Shown: positions 1-7,835, counted from the stretch's first letter. The stretch: DNA of 26,962 nucleotides from an uncultured Halanaerobiales bacterium (GCA_964427565.1 CAYRVO010000001.1:1-26962); one strand, 5' to 3'. Made by a program: numbers and translations. Notes: generated by a model not told the origin, from the sequence alone.

Positions 1-713
1 TTTGTTATTTTTAATATGGAAGGTACAGCAGAAGCTATAGTATTATCTGTAGGTAGATAAAAAGCATCTACTTTATCTACAAGAGAAGAAGCAGCTAGGC
101 CAACTTCACTGGTATTAGTGACAGTACCTTCTACAATTTCTAGTCCAAGTTCAGGTGCGACTTCTTTAGCCACATCAACCTGAACAACTGAATTTACTTC
201 ACCAGAATTGTATAAAATACCTATTTTTTTAGCATCAGGTACAAATTCCTTAATTAAAGCTAACTGTTCAGCAATAGGGTTCATATCATTGGTACCTGTG
301 ATATTACCCTGTGGATTTTCGAGACTTTCGACTAAACCGGCTGCTACTGGATCAGTTACAGCGGTAATTAATAGTGGAATTTCTTTTACAACATTGGCAG
401 CTGCCTGAGCACTTTTAGTAGTAATAGCCAGAATTAAATCTGTGTCGCTTTCCTTGAATTGTCGGGCTATTGATTGGGCAGTAGCAAAATCGGCCTGAGC
501 ATTTTTTACTTTAATTTTGATATTATCTCCATCCACAAATCCCTTTTCAGCCAGAGCATCAATAAATCCATTGCGGGCATTATCCAGTGCAGGGTGTTCA
601 ACAAGCTGTGAAATTCCTATTGTATAATCCTGAGCAGCCACCGTTACACTGAAAAGTAATAAAGCAATTACAAGAACCGACATTAGTAATACTAGTTGTG
701 ATTTTTTTACCAT
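1..713 (-). CDS. ABC transporter substrate-binding protein, ABC_sub_bind (Trp/Tyr-type) family; 3' end runs off the window
   Basis: Not in the ORF track because no stop falls in the window. Hand translation from ATG 713: MVKKSQLVLLMSVLVIALLLFSVTVAAQDYTIGISQLVEHPALDNARNGF...ITAVTDPVAAGLV...NITGTND...PTDNTIASA, which are hallmark motifs of the family. SD AGGAGG at 724-729 on the minus strand. Confidence 0.9.
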   Translation of the reverse strand, partial: MVKKSQLVLLMSVLVIALLLFSVTVAAQDYTIGISQLVEHPALDNARNGFIDALAEKGFVDGDNIKIKVKNAQADFATAQSIARQFKESDTDLILAITTKSAQAAANVVKEIPLLITAVTDPVAAGLVESLENPQGNITGTNDMNPIAEQLALIKEFVPDAKKIGILYNSGEVNSVVQVDVAKEVAPELGLEIVEGTVTNTSEVGLAASSLVDKVDAFYLPTDNTIASAVPSILKIT

Positions 714-758
714 AAATATTAATCCTCCTTATAATATTTGTTTTGGTAGGAGGAAATT

Positions 759-788
759 AAAAAAACACACACCTGTAGGAGTGTGTGT
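759..788 (-). terminator. Intrinsic terminator inside the ABC gene leader (attenuator)
   Basis: Minus strand ACACACAC-tcctacag-GTGTGTGT followed by 6 more T. It lies between the promoter (854-883) and the start codon (713). Confidence 0.8.
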
Positions 789-804
789 AGACATAATTAG
801 TCCA

Positions 805-843
805 CTAAATATTTTTAACTCCTACCATAATACCATAATACAT
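805..843 (-). other. Candidate leader peptide MYYGIMVGVKNI*
   Basis: ATG TAT TAT GGT ATT ATG GTA GGA GTT AAA AAT ATT TAG, starting 3-5 nt after the predicted TSS. It has no SD. Codons 6-9 cover the strand that competes with the terminator. Confidence 0.3.
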
Positions 844-853
844 AATTTAATTA

Positions 854-883
854 ATTATATAATTTATAAAGTGGGATTGTCAA
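854..883 (-). promoter_or_regulatory. sigmaA promoter for the ABC gene
   Basis: Minus strand TTGACA (883-878) - N18 - TATAAT (859-854); both hexamers match consensus exactly. Confidence 0.8.
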
Positions 884-979
884 TAGTAAATGGAAAATTA
901 TTAAATGGAAAGTTGGACAAACTTAGAATGTTATTTATACAATTACTGATCAATCTTAATTTCTGTTAGCTTTTTTAAG

Positions 980-991
980 AAGTGATCACTT
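980..991. promoter_or_regulatory. Perfect 12-bp palindrome overlapping the punA -35 box (candidate operator)
   Basis: AAGTGATCACTT; the last two bases are the TT of TTGACA. Confidence 0.45.
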
Positions 992-1019
992 GACAGAAAT
1001 GAAAACATTCTAATATAAT
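990..1019 (+). promoter_or_regulatory. sigmaA promoter for punA-pdp
   Basis: TTGACA (990-995) - N18 - TATAAT (1014-1019). Confidence 0.8.
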
Positions 1020-1104
1020 TGATGTAACAATAAACAAAGTCAGGTGATAACTTATATTTTAACTATGAAAGATTCTGAAATATAAAGGGGAGGGATATTA
1101 AGAA

Positions 1105-1914
1105 ATGGATGATATAAAAAAAGTAGCAGATATAATAAATAAACAGATTGATATAAAACCGGAAATCGGGCTTATTCTTGGTTCAGGTCTGGGTGTAATG
1201 GCGAATGAAATAGAAGATCCAGTATATATTAATTATAGTGATTTACCGAGTTTTCCAGTTTCAACTGTTAAAGGACACAGGGGTAGATTTGTAATTGGTA
1301 GTCTGGATGGTAAAAATATTATTGCTATGCAGGGCAGATTTCACTATTATGAAGGATATACAATGCAGGACATTGTATTACCTGTAAGGATAATGAGTTT
1401 ATTGGGAGTTAAAAAATTAATTGTAACAAATGCAGCTGGAGGTATTAATTTAAATTATAAAGCAGGTAGATTTATGCTGATAACTGATCACATAAATTTA
1501 ATGGGTGATAATCCTCTACGTGGTAAAAATATAGATGAATTTGGGCCCCGTTTTCCTGATATGACAGAAGCCTACAATAAGGATTTAATATCAGTTGCCG
1601 AGAAAGTAGCGGCAGATAAGGGAATTATTGTAAATAAAGGTATATATGCAGGATTGGGTGGTCCTAATTATGAAACACCTGCAGAAATAAGATATTTGCG
1701 CAATTGTGGTGCAGATGCAGTCGGAATGTCAACAATACCGGAAGTAATAGTTGCCAATCATATGAGTATGAAGGTGCTTGGTATATCGTGTATTACAAAT
1801 ATGGCTGCCGGGGTATTACCTGAACCTTTGAATCATGAAGAAGTGATGAAAATTGCTGAAAAGGTAAAACCTAAATTTATTCTACTGCTAAGAACTATTT
1901 TGAAAAGATTATAA
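1105..1914 (+). CDS. punA: Purine-nucleoside phosphorylase (trimeric type)
   Basis: 269 aa; ILGSGLG, GHRG, QGRFHYYEGY, TNAAGG, GPNYETPAE, GADAVGMST, TNMAAG; SD GGGAGG. Confidence 0.95.
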   Translation: MDDIKKVADIINKQIDIKPEIGLILGSGLGVMANEIEDPVYINYSDLPSFPVSTVKGHRGRFVIGSLDGKNIIAMQGRFHYYEGYTMQDIVLPVRIMSLLGVKKLIVTNAAGGINLNYKAGRFMLITDHINLMGDNPLRGKNIDEFGPRFPDMTEAYNKDLISVAEKVAADKGIIVNKGIYAGLGGPNYETPAEIRYLRNCGADAVGMSTIPEVIVANHMSMKVLGISCITNMAAGVLPEPLNHEEVMKIAEKVKPKFILLLRTILKRL

Positions 1915-1940
1915 GAACAGTTCACAATGGAGGGATAAGT

Positions 1941-3248
1941 ATGCGTGCCTATGATATTATCTTAAAGAAAAGAAATGGTAAAGAGCTATCAGAACAAGAG
2001 ATAAAATTTTTAATAAATGGATATATAGAAGGGGAAATTCCTGATTATCAGATTTCCGCCTGGGCAATGGCTGTCTATTTCCAGGGTATGAGTGCGGAAG
2101 AGATAACAATTTTAACACAGGTTATGGCAGAATCAGGTGTTATGATAGATCTTAGTAGAATTATCGGTCCTAAGATTGACAAACACAGTACAGGTGGTGT
2201 AGGTGATACAACGAGCCTTATACTTGTTCCTCTTGTTGCAGCTGCTGGAGTTCCAGTAGCTAAAATGTCAGGTAGAGGTCTGGGACATACAGGGGGTACC
2301 ATTGATAAATTGGAATCTATTCCCGGTTTAAGGACAAATTTGACGATTCAGGAATTTACCACTCAAGTTAATAAAATAGGAATTGCAATTGCCGGACATA
2401 CGGGTAATCTTACTCCGGCAGATAAAATGCTTTATTCTTTAAGAGATGTAACAGCAACAGTCGATTCCATACCACTTATTGCCAGTAGCATTATGAGTAA
2501 AAAAATAGCAGGTGGCACAGATGGGATAGTACTTGATGTAAAAATCGGTAGTGGAGCATTCATGAAAAAAATTGAAGATGCTTATAAACTGGCTGAGACT
2601 ATGGTAAAAATAGGAAAACAGGTTAAAAAAAATACAATTGCAGTAATTACCGATATGGATCAGCCACTTGGTCTGGCTATTGGTAATTCACTTGAAGTAA
2701 AGGAAGCAGTAAATATATTGTCTGGTGAAGGTCCTGAAGATTTGCGTGAACTCTGTCTAACTTTGGGAGCAAATATGCTTTTATTAGCAGAAAAAGTACA
2801 GGATTCAAAAGAAGGATATAATAAGTTAGAAGCAATACTTAAAAGAGGTAAGGGATTAAATAAATTTGCTGAATTTGTTGAAGCTCAGGGTGGAAACCCG
2901 GAATTAATAAATAATTTAAATCTTTTACCAGAAGCAGAAAAAAAGATAGATATATGCTGTGAAAGTTCGGGCTATATAAAAAAAATAGATGCGCTAGCTG
3001 TTGGTAATGCTGCTATGTTAGCAGGTGCAGGTAGAGAGAAAAAAGGAGATAAAATTGATATGGCAGCAGGTGTAAAATTAAAGAAAAAATGTGGAGATAG
3101 GGTTAATAAAGGAGATATTGTTGCTGTATTACACAGTAATAAAAAAATGTCAGAGCTAAAACAGGTTTTTGACATTTTAAAAGATGCATTTGAAATTGGG
3201 AAAAACGGGCAACAAAAAACAGAATTAATTAATGATATATTAAAGTAA
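1941..3248 (+). CDS. pdp: Pyrimidine-nucleoside phosphorylase
   Basis: 435 aa; DKHSTGGVGD, KMSGRGLGHTGGTIDKLESIPG, LRDVTATV, SIMSKK. Confidence 0.96.
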   Translation: MRAYDIILKKRNGKELSEQEIKFLINGYIEGEIPDYQISAWAMAVYFQGMSAEEITILTQVMAESGVMIDLSRIIGPKIDKHSTGGVGDTTSLILVPLVAAAGVPVAKMSGRGLGHTGGTIDKLESIPGLRTNLTIQEFTTQVNKIGIAIAGHTGNLTPADKMLYSLRDVTATVDSIPLIASSIMSKKIAGGTDGIVLDVKIGSGAFMKKIEDAYKLAETMVKIGKQVKKNTIAVITDMDQPLGLAIGNSLEVKEAVNILSGEGPEDLRELCLTLGANMLLLAEKVQDSKEGYNKLEAILKRGKGLNKFAEFVEAQGGNPELINNLNLLPEAEKKIDICCESSGYIKKIDALAVGNAAMLAGAGREKKGDKIDMAAGVKLKKKCGDRVNKGDIVAVLHSNKKMSELKQVFDILKDAFEIGKNGQQKTELINDILK

Positions 3249-3390
3249 GTACTTGTATTTTAAAAATAGTGATCTCAAATATTCTATTTTCCTATCTACG
3301 AAAGTTATAACATTTGCATAAAATACCTTCCTGGTTAATAGATATTACTGAATGAATGTAAATTTATTTAACCCGGGAGGGAGAGACAGG

Positions 3391-4599
3391 ATGTTTAATT
3401 TTAAAAGTGTAATAACTATATTTTTAATGATTGTTTTGTTTTCAGTACCTGTTTTGGCTGAACAGCCTGATTTTAAATTAACTGCCAGTTCAGCATTATT
3501 AATGGAAGCAGATACAGGCGAAATATTGTATGCCAGGAATGAACATAAAAGATTACCTCCTGCCAGTATGACGAAAGTTATGACAATGCTCCTGGTTATG
3601 GAGGCTATTGATGAAGGAAGAGCTCAGCTTAATGATAAGCTACTGGTTAGTGAAAGGGCTGCAAGTATGGGGGGGTCACAGGTATATCTGGAACCGGGTG
3701 AAGAAATCACATTAGAAAATGCAATGAAAGCAATTGCTATATCTTCTGCAAATGATGCCTGTGTAGCAGTGGCAGAATATATATCAGGAACTGAAAAAGA
3801 CTTTATTGAAGCAATGAATGAAAAAGCAGAGAAATTAAATTTAAGAGATACGTATTACTATAATACTAATGGTTTACCTCCATCTGATCCAGAAATTAAA
3901 GGTAATTTTACAAGTGCCTATGATCTAGCTCGATTGACTCGGGAAATAATAAAATATCCCCAGATCTTTGAATGGACTTCAACCTGGATAGATTATATTA
4001 GAGAAGGTGAATTTGTACTTAATAATACAAACTGGCTTGTAAGACATTACAAAGGTGTAAATGGGTTAAAAACAGGTTATACTCAGGAAGCTGGGTTTTG
4101 TGTTACCTGTACATCTCAGAAGAAAAATTTAAATTTTATATCTGTTATTATGAATGCAAAATCTTCTAAAAAGCGTTTTTCTGAAGCTGCAAAATTATTA
4201 TCCTATGGCTATAATTCTTATGAAAGTATTATTATTGCTAAAAAGGGAGAGAAAATAGAAGATGTAAAAATAGCTAATGGATGTAAACAGGAAGCTTCAA
4301 TTGTTGTACCTACTAAAATAACTGTTGCTGTTAGAAAAGGAGAAGAAGAAAAGATAAATAAAGAGATTATTGTCAATAAAAATTTAAAAGCCCCCTTAAA
4401 AAAAGGAGATACAACGGGAATACTCAATATTTATAATGGTAATTTAAAAATTAAAGAAGTAGAATTAACAATAAATAGAGAAGTAAAAGCAGCCTCTATT
4501 TTTCAGATAATTATGAGGATATTAAAAAATCTTTATATTATTTTAACTAAAATATTTTTTGGAGAAGGAATTAGGAATTTTTTGCTGAATAAAATATAA
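3391..4599 (+). CDS. dacF: D-alanyl-D-alanine carboxypeptidase (peptidase S11), DacF-like
   Basis: SxxK in PASMTK, SAN and KTG motifs, signal peptide. Start moved from 3352 to ATG 3391, which follows SD GGGAGG. Position upstream of spoIIA matches dacF. Confidence 0.88.
   Translation: MFNFKSVITIFLMIVLFSVPVLAEQPDFKLTASSALLMEADTGEILYARNEHKRLPPASMTKVMTMLLVMEAIDEGRAQLNDKLLVSERAASMGGSQVYLEPGEEITLENAMKAIAISSANDACVAVAEYISGTEKDFIEAMNEKAEKLNLRDTYYYNTNGLPPSDPEIKGNFTSAYDLARLTREIIKYPQIFEWTSTWIDYIREGEFVLNNTNWLVRHYKGVNGLKTGYTQEAGFCVTCTSQKKNLNFISVIMNAKSSKKRFSEAAKLLSYGYNSYESIIIAKKGEKIEDVKIANGCKQEASIVVPTKITVAVRKGEEEKINKEIIVNKNLKAPLKKGDTTGILNIYNGNLKIKEVELTINREVKAASIFQIIMRILKNLYIILTKIFFGEGIRNFLLNKI
4566..4590 (+). 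promoter_or_regulatory. sigmaH-type promoter for the NAPRT-like gene, embedded in the dacF 3' end
   Basis: gaAGGAATT (4566-4572) - N14 - GAAT (4587-4590). Confidence 0.6.
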
Positions 4600-4603
4600 T
4601 AAT

Positions 4604-4612
4604 TGATATAAT
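4604..4612 (+). promoter_or_regulatory. Extended -10 sigmaA promoter for the NAPRT-like gene
   Basis: TGaTATAAT 18 nt before the ATG and just upstream of SD GAGGTG; no well-spaced -35. Confidence 0.5.
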
Positions 4613-4629
4613 CTGAGAGGTGACAGCAA

Positions 4630-5958
4630 ATGACAGTATTTAATGGTGAAAGATTACCGGTTGAGATTTTTCAAATAGATAAAGAAAGAATGGTAAATGG
4701 CTGGTATTCTGATGTTTATTTTCGTAATATAGCAAAATTACTTACTAGATTATCAAAGGAAGGATATACTTTTGAAGAAGAAGATATCGGCAATATAGAA
4801 GTTGAAATGCAGATATTCCCCAGGCGTAAGCCGTTTTGTATACTGGGTGGAGTTGATGAAGCTCTGGCAATTTTGCGGAATGCTACAGGTTACAGAAATA
4901 ATAAGGGAAATTATATTAGTACATTTAGTAATTTAGAGGTTGAAGCATGTCCGGATGGTATAAAGGCTTATTATCGAGGAAATCCCAAAAATGTTGAACC
5001 AGTAATGAAAATAAAGGGAAGGTATAGAGATTTTGCCATACTGGAAACACCTATTCTTGGTTCTTTAACAGAGGCCTCAAGGATAGCTACTAATGTTTTT
5101 GAAATCATTAAGGCTGCCCGAGGGAAAGATATTCTATTTTTCCCTGCGCGTTTTGCCCATTATAAACTACAGGCATTACATGGATATGCCTATTCCCTGG
5201 GAGTAAAGGCCTACAATACTCAGTACGGAACTAATAGTCACAGATATATCTCCACAGATGAGCAGGGTGCCTGGTGGGGAGGTAAAGGAGGGGGTACGAT
5301 AAGTCACTCCTATATAGCTGCTTTTTTAGGTAATACTGCTGAATCTATGTTACAGTTTTCACGTTTAATGCCTTTGAAGGTAAATAGGATTGCCCTGGTA
5401 GATTTCAAGAATGACTGTGTACGGACAAGTTTAAAAGTGTTGAAGGATATGTTCTATAAATATAATAAATTATTGAAAGATGGTAAAAATAAAGAAGCTG
5501 AAAAATATAAATTATATGGTATTAGGCCTGATACATCTTCAAATTTAAGGGATAAAAGTATTGAACCTTTGGGTGATAAAAAGCTGGACAATGGTGTTAA
5601 TGCACGTCTTATTTTTAAATTAAGAAAAAAAATTGATAATGCTTATAAAGAGTGGAATATAAATAAAGAAGATAAAAAAATTGCCTACCAGTACTGTCAT
5701 GATGTAAAGATTATTGCTACTGGTGGATTTGATCCCGAAAAGATAAATGAATTTGAGAAATCTCAGGTCCCTGTAGATGTCTATGGTGTAGGAAGCTGGC
5801 TTTTATCAAATAGTTCTCTAGAAGGGACAAGTAGTGATTTTACTGCTGATGTTGTCAGAGTAAAGAAAGATGGTAAATGGATAGATATGGCTAAATATGG
5901 AAGATGCCCCTGTGATAATAATAATTTAGAAAGAATACCTGATGATTATGGAAATTAG
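4630..5958 (+). CDS. pncB: Nicotinate phosphoribosyltransferase-like type II PRTase
   Basis: 442 aa; SDVYF, FFPARFAH, GTISHS (position of the phospho-His), ALVDF, GIRPDTS, IIATGGF, YGVGS. Family is clear; exact substrate is not. Confidence 0.72.
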   Translation: MTVFNGERLPVEIFQIDKERMVNGWYSDVYFRNIAKLLTRLSKEGYTFEEEDIGNIEVEMQIFPRRKPFCILGGVDEALAILRNATGYRNNKGNYISTFSNLEVEACPDGIKAYYRGNPKNVEPVMKIKGRYRDFAILETPILGSLTEASRIATNVFEIIKAARGKDILFFPARFAHYKLQALHGYAYSLGVKAYNTQYGTNSHRYISTDEQGAWWGGKGGGTISHSYIAAFLGNTAESMLQFSRLMPLKVNRIALVDFKNDCVRTSLKVLKDMFYKYNKLLKDGKNKEAEKYKLYGIRPDTSSNLRDKSIEPLGDKKLDNGVNARLIFKLRKKIDNAYKEWNINKEDKKIAYQYCHDVKIIATGGFDPEKINEFEKSQVPVDVYGVGSWLLSNSSLEGTSSDFTADVVRVKKDGKWIDMAKYGRCPCDNNNLERIPDDYGN

Positions 5959-5982
5959 ATTAGTATTTATATTGTTAACTTC

Positions 5983-6009
5983 ACTACCGTTTTACTGGCG
6001 GTAGTTTTT
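5983..6009 (+). terminator. Intrinsic terminator after the NAPRT-like gene
   Basis: ACTACCGT-tttactg-GCGGTAGT followed by a T tract. Confidence 0.85.
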
Positions 6010-6137
6010 GTTTTTCATGTAAAGTGTGGAAGTTTTCTTTAATAACTTAACTTCTGGAAATGAATAATATTTTCAATTATGTTTTCAAGTGTTCAATCAT
6101 TTTAAATTGTCTATTGATAAAAATAAGAATGTAATTA

Positions 6138-6183
6138 TTCGTAAATGCAGAAATAAAAAGGTATTTTCTTCCTTATCAAGAAT
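6138..6183 (+). promoter_or_regulatory. sigmaH promoter of spoIIA with an upstream Spo0A-box-like site
   Basis: aaAGGTATT (6159-6165) - N14 - GAAT (6180-6183). TTCGTAA at 6138-6144 reads TTACGAA on the minus strand, one mismatch from TGNCGAA. spoIIA is known to be sigmaH/Spo0A-driven. Confidence 0.7.
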
Positions 6184-6224
6184 ATAATAAATCAAAGGAA
6201 ATTATTAATAAGGGAGGAAAAATA

Positions 6225-6575
6225 TTGAATATTAATTATGCGCAAAAAGGTGATTTTCTTATATTTAGATTGTATGGTGAGTTGGACATGAATACAGTAC
6301 CGGATTTTAAAAAAAAGATTAATAAATTGAGAAAAGAAAAAAGGATAAATAATATAATAATAAATCTAAGTAAAATTAAATTTATTGACAGTACAGGTAT
6401 AGGTGCAATTCTTGGTAGATATAAAAAACTCAAGAAAAATAATGGCCAATTAGTATTAGTTGGGGTTAATAAAAGAGTAGAAAAAATTTTTGCTTTATCG
6501 GGTATTACTGGATTGATTCCAATTTATGATAAAGAAAAAACAGCAATTTCTGAGTATAATAAAGGAGGCAAATAA
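6225..6575 (+). CDS. spoIIAA: Anti-sigma F factor antagonist (STAS)
   Basis: 116 aa, TTG start with SD GGGAGG; RLYGELD, FIDSTGIGAILGRYK with the phospho-acceptor Ser retained. Confidence 0.93.
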   Translation: MNINYAQKGDFLIFRLYGELDMNTVPDFKKKINKLRKEKRINNIIINLSKIKFIDSTGIGAILGRYKKLKKNNGQLVLVGVNKRVEKIFALSGITGLIPIYDKEKTAISEYNKGGK

Positions 6576-6576
6576 T

Positions 6577-7017
6577 ATGGACAACCATGCACAATTAACA
6601 ATAGTAAGCAAAAGTAAGAATATAGGACTGGCCAGAATAGCTGTTTCTACATTTGCCTCAGAAATAGATTTCACCTTAAATGAGCTTGAGGAAATTAAGG
6701 TTGCAGTTTCAGAAGCTGTTACAAATAGTGTTATCCATGGTTATGCACATTCAAAGGGCAATATAATTATGAAGATGGAAATTGAAGATAAAAAATTGCA
6801 GGTTGTTGTAATTGATCATGGTATAGGAATAGCAGATTTGGAAGCTGTTTTGCAACCATCATATTCAACAAAAGAAGAACATATGGGGCTAGGTTTTGCT
6901 TTTATAGAATCCTTCATGGATGATTTTAAAGTTGAATCTGAGGAAGGTAAAGGAACTTCTGTTTATATGACAAAAATACCGGAACGTAACAACAGGGCAG
7001 AAAATCAGGGGGGCTAA
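6577..7017 (+). CDS. spoIIAB: Anti-sigma F factor (GHKL kinase)
   Basis: EIKVAVSEAVTNSVIHGY, DHGIGI, MGLGF, GKGT. True start is ATG 6577 after AAGGAGG, not 6526. Confidence 0.94.
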   Translation: MDNHAQLTIVSKSKNIGLARIAVSTFASEIDFTLNELEEIKVAVSEAVTNSVIHGYAHSKGNIIMKMEIEDKKLQVVVIDHGIGIADLEAVLQPSYSTKEEHMGLGFAFIESFMDDFKVESEEGKGTSVYMTKIPERNNRAENQGG

Positions 7018-7020
7018 AAG

Positions 7021-7791
7021 TTGGATAATAATATAATTGACCTCCCTGGAGTAAACTTATTAAAAGAAAAAGAAACAAAAAACTATATAAAAAAAGCACA
7101 GCATGGTAATAGTAAAGCTCTCAATAAGTTAATAAAACACAATTTACGACTTGTATTAAAAATGACTTACAGATTTAAAAACTCAAAATATGATCTCCAG
7201 GATTTATTTCAGATTGGGGTTATTGGCTTAATAAAAGCTGTTAAGGGTTTCGATTTAGAAAGAAATGTAAAATTTTCTACTTATGCTGTTTCCAGAATAC
7301 TGGGAGAAATAAAACTTTTTATGCGTGATGAAGGAATAATTAAGGTAAGTAGAAATTTGAAGAAAATTGGCAGAATAGTTAGAAAAAGAGAAGAAGAATA
7401 TAAAAAGAAATATGGTCGAGCACCAACTATTAATGAAATATCTGAAATAACAGGTTTTACGAAGCAAAAGATTATTAGAGCAATGGAAGCCAATAAATAT
7501 CCTACTTCTATTAATAAGGAAATTTATGAGAAAGAAGGACAAAAGCTTTATCTGGTAGATAGTATAGAGGATGAGGAAGCAAGAGATAAAATTGAAAATC
7601 TGGACCGTGTAACACTTTACAATTTGATACAAAATTTAGAAAAACGGGAAAGAAAGATTATATATTTGCGTTATTTTGAGGATAAAACTCAGGCAGAAAT
7701 AGGAAAAGAAATAGGAGTTTCTCAGGTACAGGTATCAAGATTAATAAAAAAAATATTGGCTGAGTTGCGTAAAAAGATAAATACCCAATAA
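7021..7791 (+). CDS. sigF: Sporulation sigma factor F
   Basis: 256 aa; DLFQIGVIGLIKAV, FSTYAV, DKTQAEIGKEIGVSQVQVSRL; third gene of spoIIA. Confidence 0.92.
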   Translation: MDNNIIDLPGVNLLKEKETKNYIKKAQHGNSKALNKLIKHNLRLVLKMTYRFKNSKYDLQDLFQIGVIGLIKAVKGFDLERNVKFSTYAVSRILGEIKLFMRDEGIIKVSRNLKKIGRIVRKREEEYKKKYGRAPTINEISEITGFTKQKIIRAMEANKYPTSINKEIYEKEGQKLYLVDSIEDEEARDKIENLDRVTLYNLIQNLEKRERKIIYLRYFEDKTQAEIGKEIGVSQVQVSRLIKKILAELRKKINTQ

Positions 7792-7806
7792 TGGGTATTT
7801 TTTTTT
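7779..7806 (+). terminator. Intrinsic terminator overlapping the sigF stop codon
   Basis: AAATACCCA-ataa-TGGGTATTT plus further T; the TAA stop sits in the loop. Confidence 0.85.
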
Positions 7807-7835
7807 GTATATTTTTAGACTTTAATAAAATAATA
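7807..7835 (+). promoter_or_regulatory. Possible sigmaG-type promoter for the small ORF/spoVA unit
   Basis: GTATA (7807-7811) - N17 - AATAATA (7829-7835). AT-rich context makes this weak. Confidence 0.3.

Noticed and set aside
208-408. Plus-strand 66-aa ORF
   Set aside because: Antisense shadow of the ABC substrate-binding gene; no SD and no family motifs.
729-794. Second minus-strand micro-ORF MSTHTPTGVCFFNFLLPKQIL* ending on the ABC SD
   Set aside because: Only a weak GGA upstream; the Phe codons are simply the terminator U-tract. Kept as a fallback if Ribo-seq shows initiation at 794.
714-860. T-box or TRAP control of the Trp/Tyr-type transporter
   Set aside because: No T-box consensus, leader too short for stem I, and too few regularly spaced (G/U)AG triplets for TRAP.
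781-969. Plus-strand 62-aa ORF (GTG start)
   Set aside because: Runs across two promoters in AT-rich intergenic DNA; the nearest AGGAG abuts the start and belongs to the minus-strand RNA structure.
3316-3347. sigmaF/sigmaG promoter for dacF (GCATA...GGTTAATA)
   Set aside because: GG lies 12 nt after GCATA rather than about 15, and no register gives a convincing -10.
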